Shown here: one piece after another, positions 34,022-42,424 of the stretch
Layout of the letters: each line of letters opens with the position of its first letter
How positions within the stretch are numbered: position 1 is the first letter of the stretch
From: Gammaproteobacteria bacterium
GTDB taxonomy: Bacteria; Pseudomonadota; Gammaproteobacteria; Pseudomonadales; Pseudohongiellaceae
Length of the DNA: 42,517 nt
Reading direction: 5' to 3'
Assembly (NCBI GenBank): GCA_030752195.1
Contig: JASMER010000001.1
Location: 1-42,517 of the forward strand
Notes under the pieces: generated by a model
Database searches by the model: none
What the model was told of the DNA's origin: nothing
Seen by the model: the letters and a program-made list of their open reading frames with translations, nothing else
Made by a program: the position numbers and the translations under genes

Positions 34022-35305
34022 CTAACGCTGCCTGGCTACCTGATCTGTGGTGACAATACCAGACGCATTACCCCAGGAGTGACGGATAAAGGTCGCCGCT
34101 GCGGCAACTTCTTCATCGTCAAGCAGGTACTGGAAGTCCTCCATGGGCTCACGCCACTTTGGCAGCAATGGCGGGCTCGGTAGATGCGGGCCATATAGAA
34201 TCACATTGATCATCGAGGTAGGGTTTTCGTCCTGCACAACCAGACTGCCGCGATCCAGACGAGGTGCCATGTCAGGGTCCCCTTCACCGGTGGGAAGGTG
34301 GCAGGTGCCACAGTGAAGGTTGTAGATGGTTCTTCCCCTGCCCATGATCTCTGGATCCGGCACAGCTGCCTGGCGCTCAGGCACAGCCGGAAGGCTCTTC
34401 AGATAAGTCACCATAGCCTCGATGTCTTGCGATTCTAGATAGCGCGTGCTGTTGATGATGACTTCATTCATCGGCCCGAACGATTCGAGCATGTCATTTC
34501 GTGCAGTTTTCAAGTAATCCGCCAGATCCTGCTCCGACCACAGCGCGAGGCCACGTTCCGTCGTAGTAAGATTGGGAGCCGACCAGGGTCGGTAGTGTTC
34601 TTGGCCGACCAGATCAAGGAATTCTCCGCCACCCATATGCGCAGTGACCCGTTCTGCGCCCAGATTGTTGCGCGGCGTGTGGCACGCGCTGCAGTGAGCA
34701 AGCGCCTCTACCAGATAAGCGCCCCTGTTCCACTGATCCGACTGGTCCTCATGAGCTTCATAGACACCAGGCCGAAAATACAGCAGCTTCCAGAATGCCA
34801 CCAGTGGCCGGAAGTTGAAGGGAAAAACCAAATCATTTTGCGGTGGGCTTGTACGCACCGGCTTGATCGACTTCAAGTAAGCAAACATTGCCAGAATGTC
34901 ATCATCGCTGGCTTTGGTGTAGGCAGTATAAGGAAAGGCCGGATACAAATGATCACCGTCAGGGCGCACGCCGTGACGCAGCGAGTTCAGGAAATCGATC
35001 TCGTTCCAATTGCCAATTCCGGTATGCTGGTCTGGCGTGATATTTGTGGAATAAATTGTGCCGAAAGGCGTTCTGAACGGTAATCCACCGCTCATAAAGG
35101 CGCCGTTCTGAGTCGTATGACAACTGGCGCAGTTTCCAGCGGTGACCAGATACTCACCGCGTGCAACCAGCTCGCTCGGCGAAAGATCCTCAGAGTGAAC
35201 TATGGTTCCGGACTCAACTGACGGCGCGCGCCACAGGCTGGCGCTCGCACTGACCAGGAGTACAAGGAGAAAGAAGAGGGCGATGTTTCGAAAACTGAGG
35301 GTCAA
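34022..35305 (-). CDS. Triheme cytochrome c (gluconate 2-dehydrogenase / alcohol dehydrogenase cytochrome-c-subunit type), membrane-anchored or secreted
   Basis: 427 aa with a TTG start and the N-terminal hydrophobic segment IALFFLLVLLVSASAS. Three CxxCH motifs (CASCH, CSACH, CGTCH) occur at residues about 59, 205 and 332, the spacing typical of the three-domain dehydrogenase cytochrome subunits. Confidence 0.85.
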   Translation of the reverse strand: MTLSFRNIALFFLLVLLVSASASLWRAPSVESGTIVHSEDLSPSELVARGEYLVTAGNCASCHTTQNGAFMSGGLPFRTPFGTIYSTNITPDQHTGIGNWNEIDFLNSLRHGVRPDGDHLYPAFPYTAYTKASDDDILAMFAYLKSIKPVRTSPPQNDLVFPFNFRPLVAFWKLLYFRPGVYEAHEDQSDQWNRGAYLVEALAHCSACHTPRNNLGAERVTAHMGGGEFLDLVGQEHYRPWSAPNLTTTERGLALWSEQDLADYLKTARNDMLESFGPMNEVIINSTRYLESQDIEAMVTYLKSLPAVPERQAAVPDPEIMGRGRTIYNLHCGTCHLPTGEGDPDMAPRLDRGSLVVQDENPTSMINVILYGPHLPSPPLLPKWREPMEDFQYLLDDEEVAAAATFIRHSWGNASGIVTTDQVARQR

Positions 35306-35584
35306 ATAAACTCACCGCCAGGCGATTGCCAGATGGCCTCCGCGAGGACGTGCTGCGATGTTAAAATAGCGCCTGCCCTCTGCGACACTTCTTCCAGCGG
35401 ACGACTCATTTGTGCTAGTCAAGTCCGAAAAATACCGCATAAACCGACTCATTGAAACCACTTGCGGTCAGTGAACGGTGCTTTCCGAGTTGTAAGCGAT
35501 CATAGAGCTTTTGAGGTAGGATGAAGAAATATATTCGCGCGTAGACGCCAATCTGCATAGATCAAGGTTCGAAGAGGGATACCG

Positions 35585-36460
35585 GTGAAAAATGCTTCTA
35601 TTTATCGTCAAGTACTTCACACGCTTATCGCAGTCACTGCGCTGATCAGTGCGCAAGTTTTCGGCCAAGAACCGGAGCTCGCTTTATGGCTGAGCACGGA
35701 GCGTCCAATCGCTGCCGGCCAATCTTATTGGCTCGAAGAGCTCACTTCCATGGAGATCCGGGACGCCATCTCATCAGGCACAAGCACCGTGATCATCGCG
35801 ACCGGCGGTATTGAAGAAAACGGGCCCTATTTGTCAATCGGGAAACACAATCTGATTCTGCAGGCTGCCTGTCCCGCTATCGCCGAAGCACTCGGCAACG
35901 CCCTGTGCGCACCGACAGTGAAATTTGTCCCTGAAGGCAATATTGACCCGCCTTCTGGTGCCATGAAATATCCCGGCTCAATCAGCGTAAGCGCCGAGAC
36001 CTATGAGGCGCTGCTTACGGACATTGCCAGCAGTCTCAAGCAGGCAGGCTTCTCGGATATCGTCATGATCGGAGACAGCGGCGGCAATCAGAGAGGAATG
36101 GCCAATGTAGCCAGCTCGCTCGGCAAGAGCTGGCAAGGCGAAGCGACAAGGATACATTTCATCAGAGAATTTTATGATCCAGGGTGGGTCGAAACCGAAC
36201 GGTATACCGAACGAGAACTTGGCGTCGCACAATCCACCGATGATGGCTACCACGATGATATCTGGGTGACAGCAATGATGATGGTGACAGACCCCGAACA
36301 GGTTCGCTATCAACAGCGGGTCGAGGCCGGACTTGCTTCCATTAACGGCGTTGCTATTACCCCGCTGGTTGACACCATTCAACTCGGCCGGGAAATGATT
36401 CAGTTCAGAGCACAATACACTGCTGAGGCCATCCGTCGTTCGCTGTCCACTGGCAACTAA
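35585..36460 (+). CDS. Secreted creatininase-fold (creatinine amidohydrolase family) protein with apparently substituted metal ligands
   Basis: 291 aa with a GTG start and the signal ...LIAVTALISAQVFGQE. The segment LTSMEIRDAISSGTSTVIIATGGIEENGPYLSIGKHNLIL...IVMIGDSGGNQ parallels the family pattern (..vilPvGs.EqHGpHLPlgtD.. and ..nGHGGN..). The assignment is by pattern only. Confidence 0.55.
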   Translation: MKNASIYRQVLHTLIAVTALISAQVFGQEPELALWLSTERPIAAGQSYWLEELTSMEIRDAISSGTSTVIIATGGIEENGPYLSIGKHNLILQAACPAIAEALGNALCAPTVKFVPEGNIDPPSGAMKYPGSISVSAETYEALLTDIASSLKQAGFSDIVMIGDSGGNQRGMANVASSLGKSWQGEATRIHFIREFYDPGWVETERYTERELGVAQSTDDGYHDDIWVTAMMMVTDPEQVRYQQRVEAGLASINGVAITPLVDTIQLGREMIQFRAQYTAEAIRRSLSTGN

Positions 36461-36482
36461 TTACTTTGAAGGTTTTACACCC

Positions 36483-38009
36483 ATGCAAGAAAAAAATGTC
36501 TTTATCTTCATCCTGACCATCATGTTGACCCCAAACCTTCAGGGCGCCGACGAAACAGCACCGGACGGAGCCAGCCTAATCCTGGAACCTACCAGATTCA
36601 TCAGTGAGCACAGCTCGCGTTTCAACGGGCAACGCGTCGACTATACCGCGACAGCCGGAGAAACCTATATCAGGGATCTAGAGGGAGAGCCCAAAGCCAC
36701 CCTTTTCACATTTGCCTACACAAAAAATAACCTGGCTGAGAATGAACTCCGCCCAGTTACCTTTATCTGGAACGGCGGGCCCGGATCAGCATCAACCTGG
36801 CTTCACATGGGAAGTTACGGCCCAAAACGGGTCGTTGTGCCGTCGGATGCACAGCACGCCGGGCTGCCGCCTTATCCGATTGAAGAGGCACCGGAAACGA
36901 TTCTCGATGTCACAGATCTTGTCTTTATTGACCCAGTAGGAACAGGGTTTTCCCGTGCTCTTGGCGACTATGAGGGCAAAGATTTCTGGGGCCTGGATGA
37001 AGACGCGCAATCCATGGCAAATTTTATTACTACCTGGATAACTGAAAATGGGCGCTGGAATTCTCCAAAGTTTTTACTGGGTGAAAGCTTTGGTACGACC
37101 CGGGCAGCCGCGGTAGCCCGTATTTTGGAGGAGGATCTTTCAGTCAGCCTGAATGGTATCGTTTTCATCTCACAGGCATTGGACTATCAGGGCTCAACGC
37201 CCTACGTGCGGGACAATCTGATCTCTTTCATCACTTACGTGCCTACTATGGCGGCCACTGCTCTGTATCATGGCCGAGTGGAGCCAGCTCCAGAAAGCCA
37301 GGCAGTGTTTTTGCAACAAGCCCGTGAATTCGCCATCAATGAATACCTGCCCGCGCTGTTCAGGGGTAACACCATTGATCGGGAGGAGTATCTGGCAGTC
37401 CGTAATCGACTGTCTTATTTCACCGGATTAAGCACGGACTATGTCGATCGGGCGAACCTTAGGGTGCAGGGCAATCGTTTTACCAAGGAGCTGCTTCGTG
37501 ATGAGGGCACCACAGTCGGTAGACTGGATTCCCGTTACACCGAGGATGAGATTGATGATCTGGCGGCTCAGGCTTCACGGGACGCCGCCAGCGACGCCAT
37601 TTCGGGTGCGTACAAGGCATCTCTCATGAGTTACATGCGCACCGACCTTGGCGTGAACTGGAGCCGACAGTATCTGTCACCGGCTGATCCGGATCTGAAC
37701 AGAAACTGGCGCTGGCGAAGAGTGCCAGATGGCTCTTCTTGGGAGCCTGCCTACGTGAACACCGCCCATGATCTCGCTACCGCACTGCGTATCAACCCGG
37801 CTCTCAAAGTGATGGTCGCCTCAGGTTACTTTGACATGGTGACGCCGTTCTTTGATGCAGAGTACACGCTGAATCGCCACGGCATTCTGGCGAACCAAAT
37901 GCAATACACCTACTATCAAGGCGGGCACATGATGTACGTCAATGAACCCTCCAGATTGGAACTGCTAGCGGATACACGGCGTTTCATTGAAACTCAGACG
38001 GCGAATTAA
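36483..38009 (+). CDS. Peptidase S10 family serine carboxypeptidase (secreted)
   Basis: 508 aa with a signal peptide. It has WNGGPGSAS (compare WLNGGPGCSS), the nucleophile elbow LLGESFGTTR (compare GESYGG), and a C-terminal QGGHMMY catalytic His segment. It starts 22 nt after the previous gene. Confidence 0.85.
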   Translation: MQEKNVFIFILTIMLTPNLQGADETAPDGASLILEPTRFISEHSSRFNGQRVDYTATAGETYIRDLEGEPKATLFTFAYTKNNLAENELRPVTFIWNGGPGSASTWLHMGSYGPKRVVVPSDAQHAGLPPYPIEEAPETILDVTDLVFIDPVGTGFSRALGDYEGKDFWGLDEDAQSMANFITTWITENGRWNSPKFLLGESFGTTRAAAVARILEEDLSVSLNGIVFISQALDYQGSTPYVRDNLISFITYVPTMAATALYHGRVEPAPESQAVFLQQAREFAINEYLPALFRGNTIDREEYLAVRNRLSYFTGLSTDYVDRANLRVQGNRFTKELLRDEGTTVGRLDSRYTEDEIDDLAAQASRDAASDAISGAYKASLMSYMRTDLGVNWSRQYLSPADPDLNRNWRWRRVPDGSSWEPAYVNTAHDLATALRINPALKVMVASGYFDMVTPFFDAEYTLNRHGILANQMQYTYYQGGHMMYVNEPSRLELLADTRRFIETQTAN

Positions 38010-38079
38010 GAGCCCTATGGACTAGCACACCGGAGTGATCTGGCACCTGGCACAGATAGAGGTCAATATCAGGCGCAAG

Positions 38080-38649
38080 CTACTCGGCGATATAGGCGGT
38101 GGTTACAGCGCGCACAGTCTGGCGAATGCCACGCGCGGCTGCTTTGGCAGAAATTGTGGCCTTGGCAATTCCATCTATCTCTTTGCCGACACGAAATCTA
38201 TTAGAGGCATCGAGACCGATAAATTGTTCTTCAAAACCCCAAGAAAAAAAATCGCCGATGGTGTAGCGATGGGATTCTTTGTAGTAAATTATCCGCAGCC
38301 CAACGATCTTGCCCTCCAGATCCATGCCTATTAAGGTATCGATGGGACCGCTGTAGCCATTGGGTTCGGGCGGCACGTCGGGGGTTACGAAGGCATAGCC
38401 AATGAGAGTTTGCTCTCCGCTGTCAGGATCTTTTTGGTAGGCTCGGTAGACTGGCGGTTCTCCGCTTTTTTCTGAAAAGCTGTCTGCACCGGGCACAACG
38501 GCCATCAGAAGACGGTCGGTTGTGTGGTCGGGGTTGGCCGCAATAGCCGGAGTGACGATTGGCAATTCAAGCTCCGAAAGCGCTTTGTTTGCGACCTCAA
38601 AAGTCAGCAAAGTGATCAAAAGTAGCGCTGGAGTTGTTACACGACGCAT
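38080..38649 (-). CDS. Stand-alone extracytoplasmic FMN-binding (FMN_bind, NosR/NqrC/RnfG-type) domain protein
   Basis: 189 aa with the signal/anchor MRRVTTPALLLITLLTF. GYSGPIDTLIGMDLEGKIVGLRIIYYKESH resembles the NosR N-terminal FMN_bind core. EIDGIAKATISAKAAARGI resembles the D..s.ATxS flavinylation motif, with Thr as the candidate FMN attachment site. Confidence 0.65.
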   Translation of the reverse strand: MRRVTTPALLLITLLTFEVANKALSELELPIVTPAIAANPDHTTDRLLMAVVPGADSFSEKSGEPPVYRAYQKDPDSGEQTLIGYAFVTPDVPPEPNGYSGPIDTLIGMDLEGKIVGLRIIYYKESHRYTIGDFFSWGFEEQFIGLDASNRFRVGKEIDGIAKATISAKAAARGIRQTVRAVTTAYIAE

Positions 38650-38852
38650 GGAAGATTGTTCTCTAGCAGGTTAACTCAGGGAGCCGAGCGTCCCGGATTT
38701 TGAACTCTGTTTGAATTTCCTACAATCCTGTCGTAGCCCGCGATTGACTCCCCTTCCCGCGAACCGGCCGCTCTCGAAAAATTACGTCCCGAAAAGCAGG
38801 CAGAAAAAACCAACCCGACCAGCGATGGCTGAGTTTTTATTGACTAGCTCAC

Positions 38853-39503
38853 TCAGCTCTCGCCGCCGGTATCCATGAATTCAACATGCACCTCGAGCTC
38901 GATTTCGTCGCCAACACCGAAAGAAGTAAAGCGATCGACACCGAAATCGGAGCGATTGAATCTCGCGCTGCCGGAAAAGCCCACGGTGTAGCTCCGAGTG
39001 AGGAAATTTCTTCCGCCGCCGTTGAAATTTACCGTGATGTTGACCGGCGCGGTTACACCATGAAAACTGAGGTCGCCCGCAAAAACGAAAGTGTCATCAT
39101 CCATGGCCTCGACGAACGAAGTGGTTCGGTAAACGGCCTGTGGATATTGTGCTACATCTAGAAAATTATCACTTCGCAGCTCTTCCTCGAATTCTTCGAG
39201 ATTAACATTAATCGATGACATCTCGATGACCATCTCAAGATTGGCGTTTTCAATGTTATCGGGGTCAAAATCCAACGAGGCGTCAAATTCTGTGAACCGA
39301 CCCAGGAAGGTAGAAAACCCAAGATGATTCAGCTTAAACATCAATGCTGCGTGATTAGGGTCCAGCGCGTACTGACCGGCTCGAACTTCAGTGATTTCGG
39401 TCGTCTGATCAGGAGTGACGAGACGACTGCATGCGCCGAGAGCGAACACACCTACCAGGAGCAGAATGAACTTGCCGGATTTGGGTTGAAAAAAATTTAG
39501 CAT
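38853..39503 (-). CDS. YceI family (polyisoprenoid/lipid-binding) lipoprotein
   Basis: 216 aa with the lipobox ...VFALGAC. YALDPNHAALMFKLNHLGFSTFLGRFTEFDASLDFDPDN...LSFHGVTAPV...FNRSDFGV is a textbook YceI-like domain. Confidence 0.85.
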   Translation of the reverse strand: MLNFFQPKSGKFILLLVGVFALGACSRLVTPDQTTEITEVRAGQYALDPNHAALMFKLNHLGFSTFLGRFTEFDASLDFDPDNIENANLEMVIEMSSINVNLEEFEEELRSDNFLDVAQYPQAVYRTTSFVEAMDDDTFVFAGDLSFHGVTAPVNITVNFNGGGRNFLTRSYTVGFSGSARFNRSDFGVDRFTSFGVGDEIELEVHVEFMDTGGES

Positions 39504-39533
39504 CGGAATTCCTTATTTCTTCCCGGGCGACGC

Positions 39534-40106
39534 CTACTGCATCAGGGCATAGACGTCGACTTTAATTTTAACCTCGTTCGGAACCTCTGCTGTGTTAGCC
39601 CAGTAGCCCTGACCAACACCATACTCCAATCGCAGAATTTCGACTTCACTGGTCATGTGGAAGCAAACCTGTCCATCACAAGTCTCAATGTTCAGCTCAA
39701 AGGGAAAAGTCATGGGATTGGTCTGGTCACGGATAGTCAGAGTACCGTCTGATTCAAAGGTGTTTACGCCCGTAAGGCGGCAGCTTTTAGCTGAAAAGGT
39801 AGCAGTAGGCCAGGTGTCTACATCAAACAGCTCATAGTCGAGCAAGTAGTCGAGCACCTCTGGCGAGTCCACTTCAATATCTTCGATGTTGATAGTGACA
39901 TCGAACTTGCAGCTGGTGGGCCGCATGGGATCGATGTCAAAATTCGCCTGCACGTTGGTGAAGCGACCTTCGTAGGGGTCTGTCCCGTAAGAATATTCGA
40001 AAGTTACCTGAGAGCCCGGCTCCAGAACCCACTCTGCCGCTTGCGACGCAGCACTTAGGCCAAGCAGTGCAACACCGAGAGAAACTCTATGCATGAAAGT
40101 TCGCAT
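39534..40106 (-). CDS. YceI-like domain protein (divergent second copy), secreted
   Basis: 190 aa with the signal ...LLGLSAASQAAEW. WVLEPGSQVTFEYSYGTDPYEGRFTNVQANFDIDP...TLTIRDQTNPMTFPF...LRLEYGVG follows the YceI pattern. It lies 24 nt downstream of the PQQ dehydrogenase and 30 nt upstream of the next YceI gene. Confidence 0.75.
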   Translation of the reverse strand: MRTFMHRVSLGVALLGLSAASQAAEWVLEPGSQVTFEYSYGTDPYEGRFTNVQANFDIDPMRPTSCKFDVTINIEDIEVDSPEVLDYLLDYELFDVDTWPTATFSAKSCRLTGVNTFESDGTLTIRDQTNPMTFPFELNIETCDGQVCFHMTSEVEILRLEYGVGQGYWANTAEVPNEVKIKVDVYALMQ

Positions 40107-40130
40107 GATTAGTAGTGCTCCTTAAGAAAA

Positions 40131-42071
40131 TTAGGGCAAGGCATAGGCCACCAGCTGCGCTGCCTGACCGCCGCCACTGACAAACATCGCCAAGTACTGC
40201 TTGCCATCGTGTTCGTAGGTGAATGGAAGGCCGGACTGATTGTTTGGTAAATCAATCTCGGCGAGTATCTCTCCGGTCGCTTTATCGACTGCGCGAAAAA
40301 TCGGACTTGCGCCGGGCCCTCCGGTACCTTCTCCGACAAAAAGCAACGACTTGGTGACCAGCACGCCGGAGCGCGTCGGGATGCCGGTGCGCTCAATATC
40401 TACGCCTTCTAGCAAGCGGTGGTTCTTTATTCGATCAGGCGTGTCGGCGTTGGCAATCATCCACTGATGTTCGCCGGTATTCATATCAATCGCCGTGATG
40501 CGGCCATAGGGGGGTTTAACAATCTCAAGGCCTTGCACGCGCGGAACTCGAACCCCGAATGCGGCGCTGAGATCGAGGTCAGAATCCTTGTCCTTACCCA
40601 GGGACATGACCGCTAGCGCAGTGCGCGACGGCACATAAATCATGCCGGTTTCTGGGTCGATCGCGGCTCCTTCCCAGTTGGCTCCGCCAGTCGCAGAAGG
40701 CAGGCTCAAAGTCCCTCGCGTGCCGTCTTCTGCATCAGCTAACGACGGAGGTGAGTAGACGCTCGGCGCCAATCGGAACCCTTCGGTGGCGTCCAACGCC
40801 AGCGCACGGATTTCGGGCGTCCAGTCAATCAGATCTTTTTCGGTAAAGCCCTGACGGTCGAAAGGAGGCGGATTGGTCGGAAATGGCTGAGTTGGAGAGT
40901 ACCATTCTCCGGGAACGTCTCCGGCGGGTACTGGCCGCTCTTCAATGGGCCAGATTGGCTCGCCCGTCGCCCGGTCAAAAGTGTAAATCCAGGACTGTTT
41001 GGTCACGGACATCAGCACTTTCTGGCCGTTTGGCAGATCTGAAATCACCGGAGCTGACGGAATGTCCCAATCCCAGATGTCGTGATGAGTCAGCTGATAG
41101 TGCCATTGTCTCTCGCCGGTCTTGATATCAAGCGCCACAACTGAATCGGAAAACAGGTTGTCTCCCGGACGATCTCCTCCATACCGGTCTCCGGTCGCAG
41201 ATTCGATCGGCAGATAGACATGGCCAAGCTCAGGGTCACCTGAGATCGGCGCCCAAACTCCAGTGTTTCCGGTAAATTCAATCCCACCGTCAAGCCAGGA
41301 CTCGTATCCGTAATCTCCCCGCTCAGGGATGGTGCGGAATGTCCAGAGCAGTTCACCTGTGCGCGCATCAAAGCCGCGTATATCGCCTTTAACGTTCGCC
41401 TTTGATCGTGGACGCATCCCAACGCGATGCGCGGCACCTACGACAATGACATCATTCATGACAAAAGGAGCAGCGGAGAGTCCGATATCCGGGAAAGGAA
41501 ATCTCGGATCATCGGCATTACGCAGCCCCACGAATAGATCAACTATACCGCCCTGACCAAACTCAGGATCCGGCACACCCGTCTCCGCATCAAGCGACAC
41601 CAGGTGATAGCCCGGAGTCACATCGATGACTCGCTTCTTGTCGCCGTCAGTCCAGTAAGCAACGCCGCGACCAGCGCCCTTGCGCGGCGCCTCGTCAAAG
41701 CGTTCTCCCTCTTGCGGGCGCCACAGCCATAGAACCTGACCGGTTGTTGCGTCAAGGGCTACAACGTTTCGGGTACTACCAATATTTGCATAGAGCACGC
41801 CATTGATTTCGATCGGAGTAGAGGGATTGTTGAAATCCGTCGAAGGCCCAAAATTCTGTGTCGAAAACTGCCAGGCAATCTCAATCTCACCGACGTTTTC
41901 TGCGTTGATCTGGTCCAACGGAGAATAACGCTGGGCGAAATGATCACCATGATATTCCGGCCAGTCACCCTCATACACCGACGTGCCTGACTGACCTGAT
42001 CCTGCTGTTGCCAGGGCCAGTGAACCGGCGCCGACGAGAAGTGAAGAAATCAATCTTCTGGGTGTGCTCAT
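40131..42071 (-). CDS. Soluble periplasmic PQQ-dependent dehydrogenase (glucose/quinate/shikimate-dehydrogenase-like propeller, lacking the N-terminal membrane domain)
   Basis: I trimmed ORF 40131-42110 (TTG) to ATG 42071, giving the signal MSTPRRLISSLLVGAGSLALATA. DWPEYHGDHFAQRYSPLDQIN matches the family N-terminus. HHDIWDWDIPSAP corresponds to the HHDLWDMD catalytic segment of membrane glucose dehydrogenase. Repeated ATG.xxW propeller motifs are present. Confidence 0.85.
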   Translation of the reverse strand: MSTPRRLISSLLVGAGSLALATAGSGQSGTSVYEGDWPEYHGDHFAQRYSPLDQINAENVGEIEIAWQFSTQNFGPSTDFNNPSTPIEINGVLYANIGSTRNVVALDATTGQVLWLWRPQEGERFDEAPRKGAGRGVAYWTDGDKKRVIDVTPGYHLVSLDAETGVPDPEFGQGGIVDLFVGLRNADDPRFPFPDIGLSAAPFVMNDVIVVGAAHRVGMRPRSKANVKGDIRGFDARTGELLWTFRTIPERGDYGYESWLDGGIEFTGNTGVWAPISGDPELGHVYLPIESATGDRYGGDRPGDNLFSDSVVALDIKTGERQWHYQLTHHDIWDWDIPSAPVISDLPNGQKVLMSVTKQSWIYTFDRATGEPIWPIEERPVPAGDVPGEWYSPTQPFPTNPPPFDRQGFTEKDLIDWTPEIRALALDATEGFRLAPSVYSPPSLADAEDGTRGTLSLPSATGGANWEGAAIDPETGMIYVPSRTALAVMSLGKDKDSDLDLSAAFGVRVPRVQGLEIVKPPYGRITAIDMNTGEHQWMIANADTPDRIKNHRLLEGVDIERTGIPTRSGVLVTKSLLFVGEGTGGPGASPIFRAVDKATGEILAEIDLPNNQSGLPFTYEHDGKQYLAMFVSGGGQAAQLVAYALP

Positions 42072-42424
42072 TGTTGGTCTCTCTCGTAGTAAGTCTTTGT
42101 ATTGTGTCAACGCGCCGGCTGAACAGTGGCTTAATGCTCAGTACAGTAAGGTGAGTAGCCGGTTTGGTGATCTTAATTTGATTCCCTCTAATGCACTTAC
42201 ACTCCCACGTTTTCCGCGGGTTTTATCTTAGTGGCATGTAGATAGGGGTGAAAAGGAGCATAAGCAATCTCCTGACGACACGCAAGTCCAAACCCCTTCA
42301 GATTTGGTAAAACTCACTTACATATCAATCGCTTGCAGTCAATAGATTCTGCAATATTTGTAATTGTTTGTAACGACCCGAAGCGAATGTTTTTTTACAG
42401 TCGAATAAGGAGGACGCTGACGAT

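Noticed and set aside
41064-41072. A D-W-D triplet in the PQQ dehydrogenase that could be read as the lanthanide-coordinating 'extra Asp' signature of XoxF/PedH-type enzymes.
   Set aside because: The surrounding HHDIWDWD segment matches the glucose/quinate dehydrogenase family, which natively has D-x-D here (HHDLWDMD in E. coli mGDH). It is therefore not evidence for lanthanide dependence.
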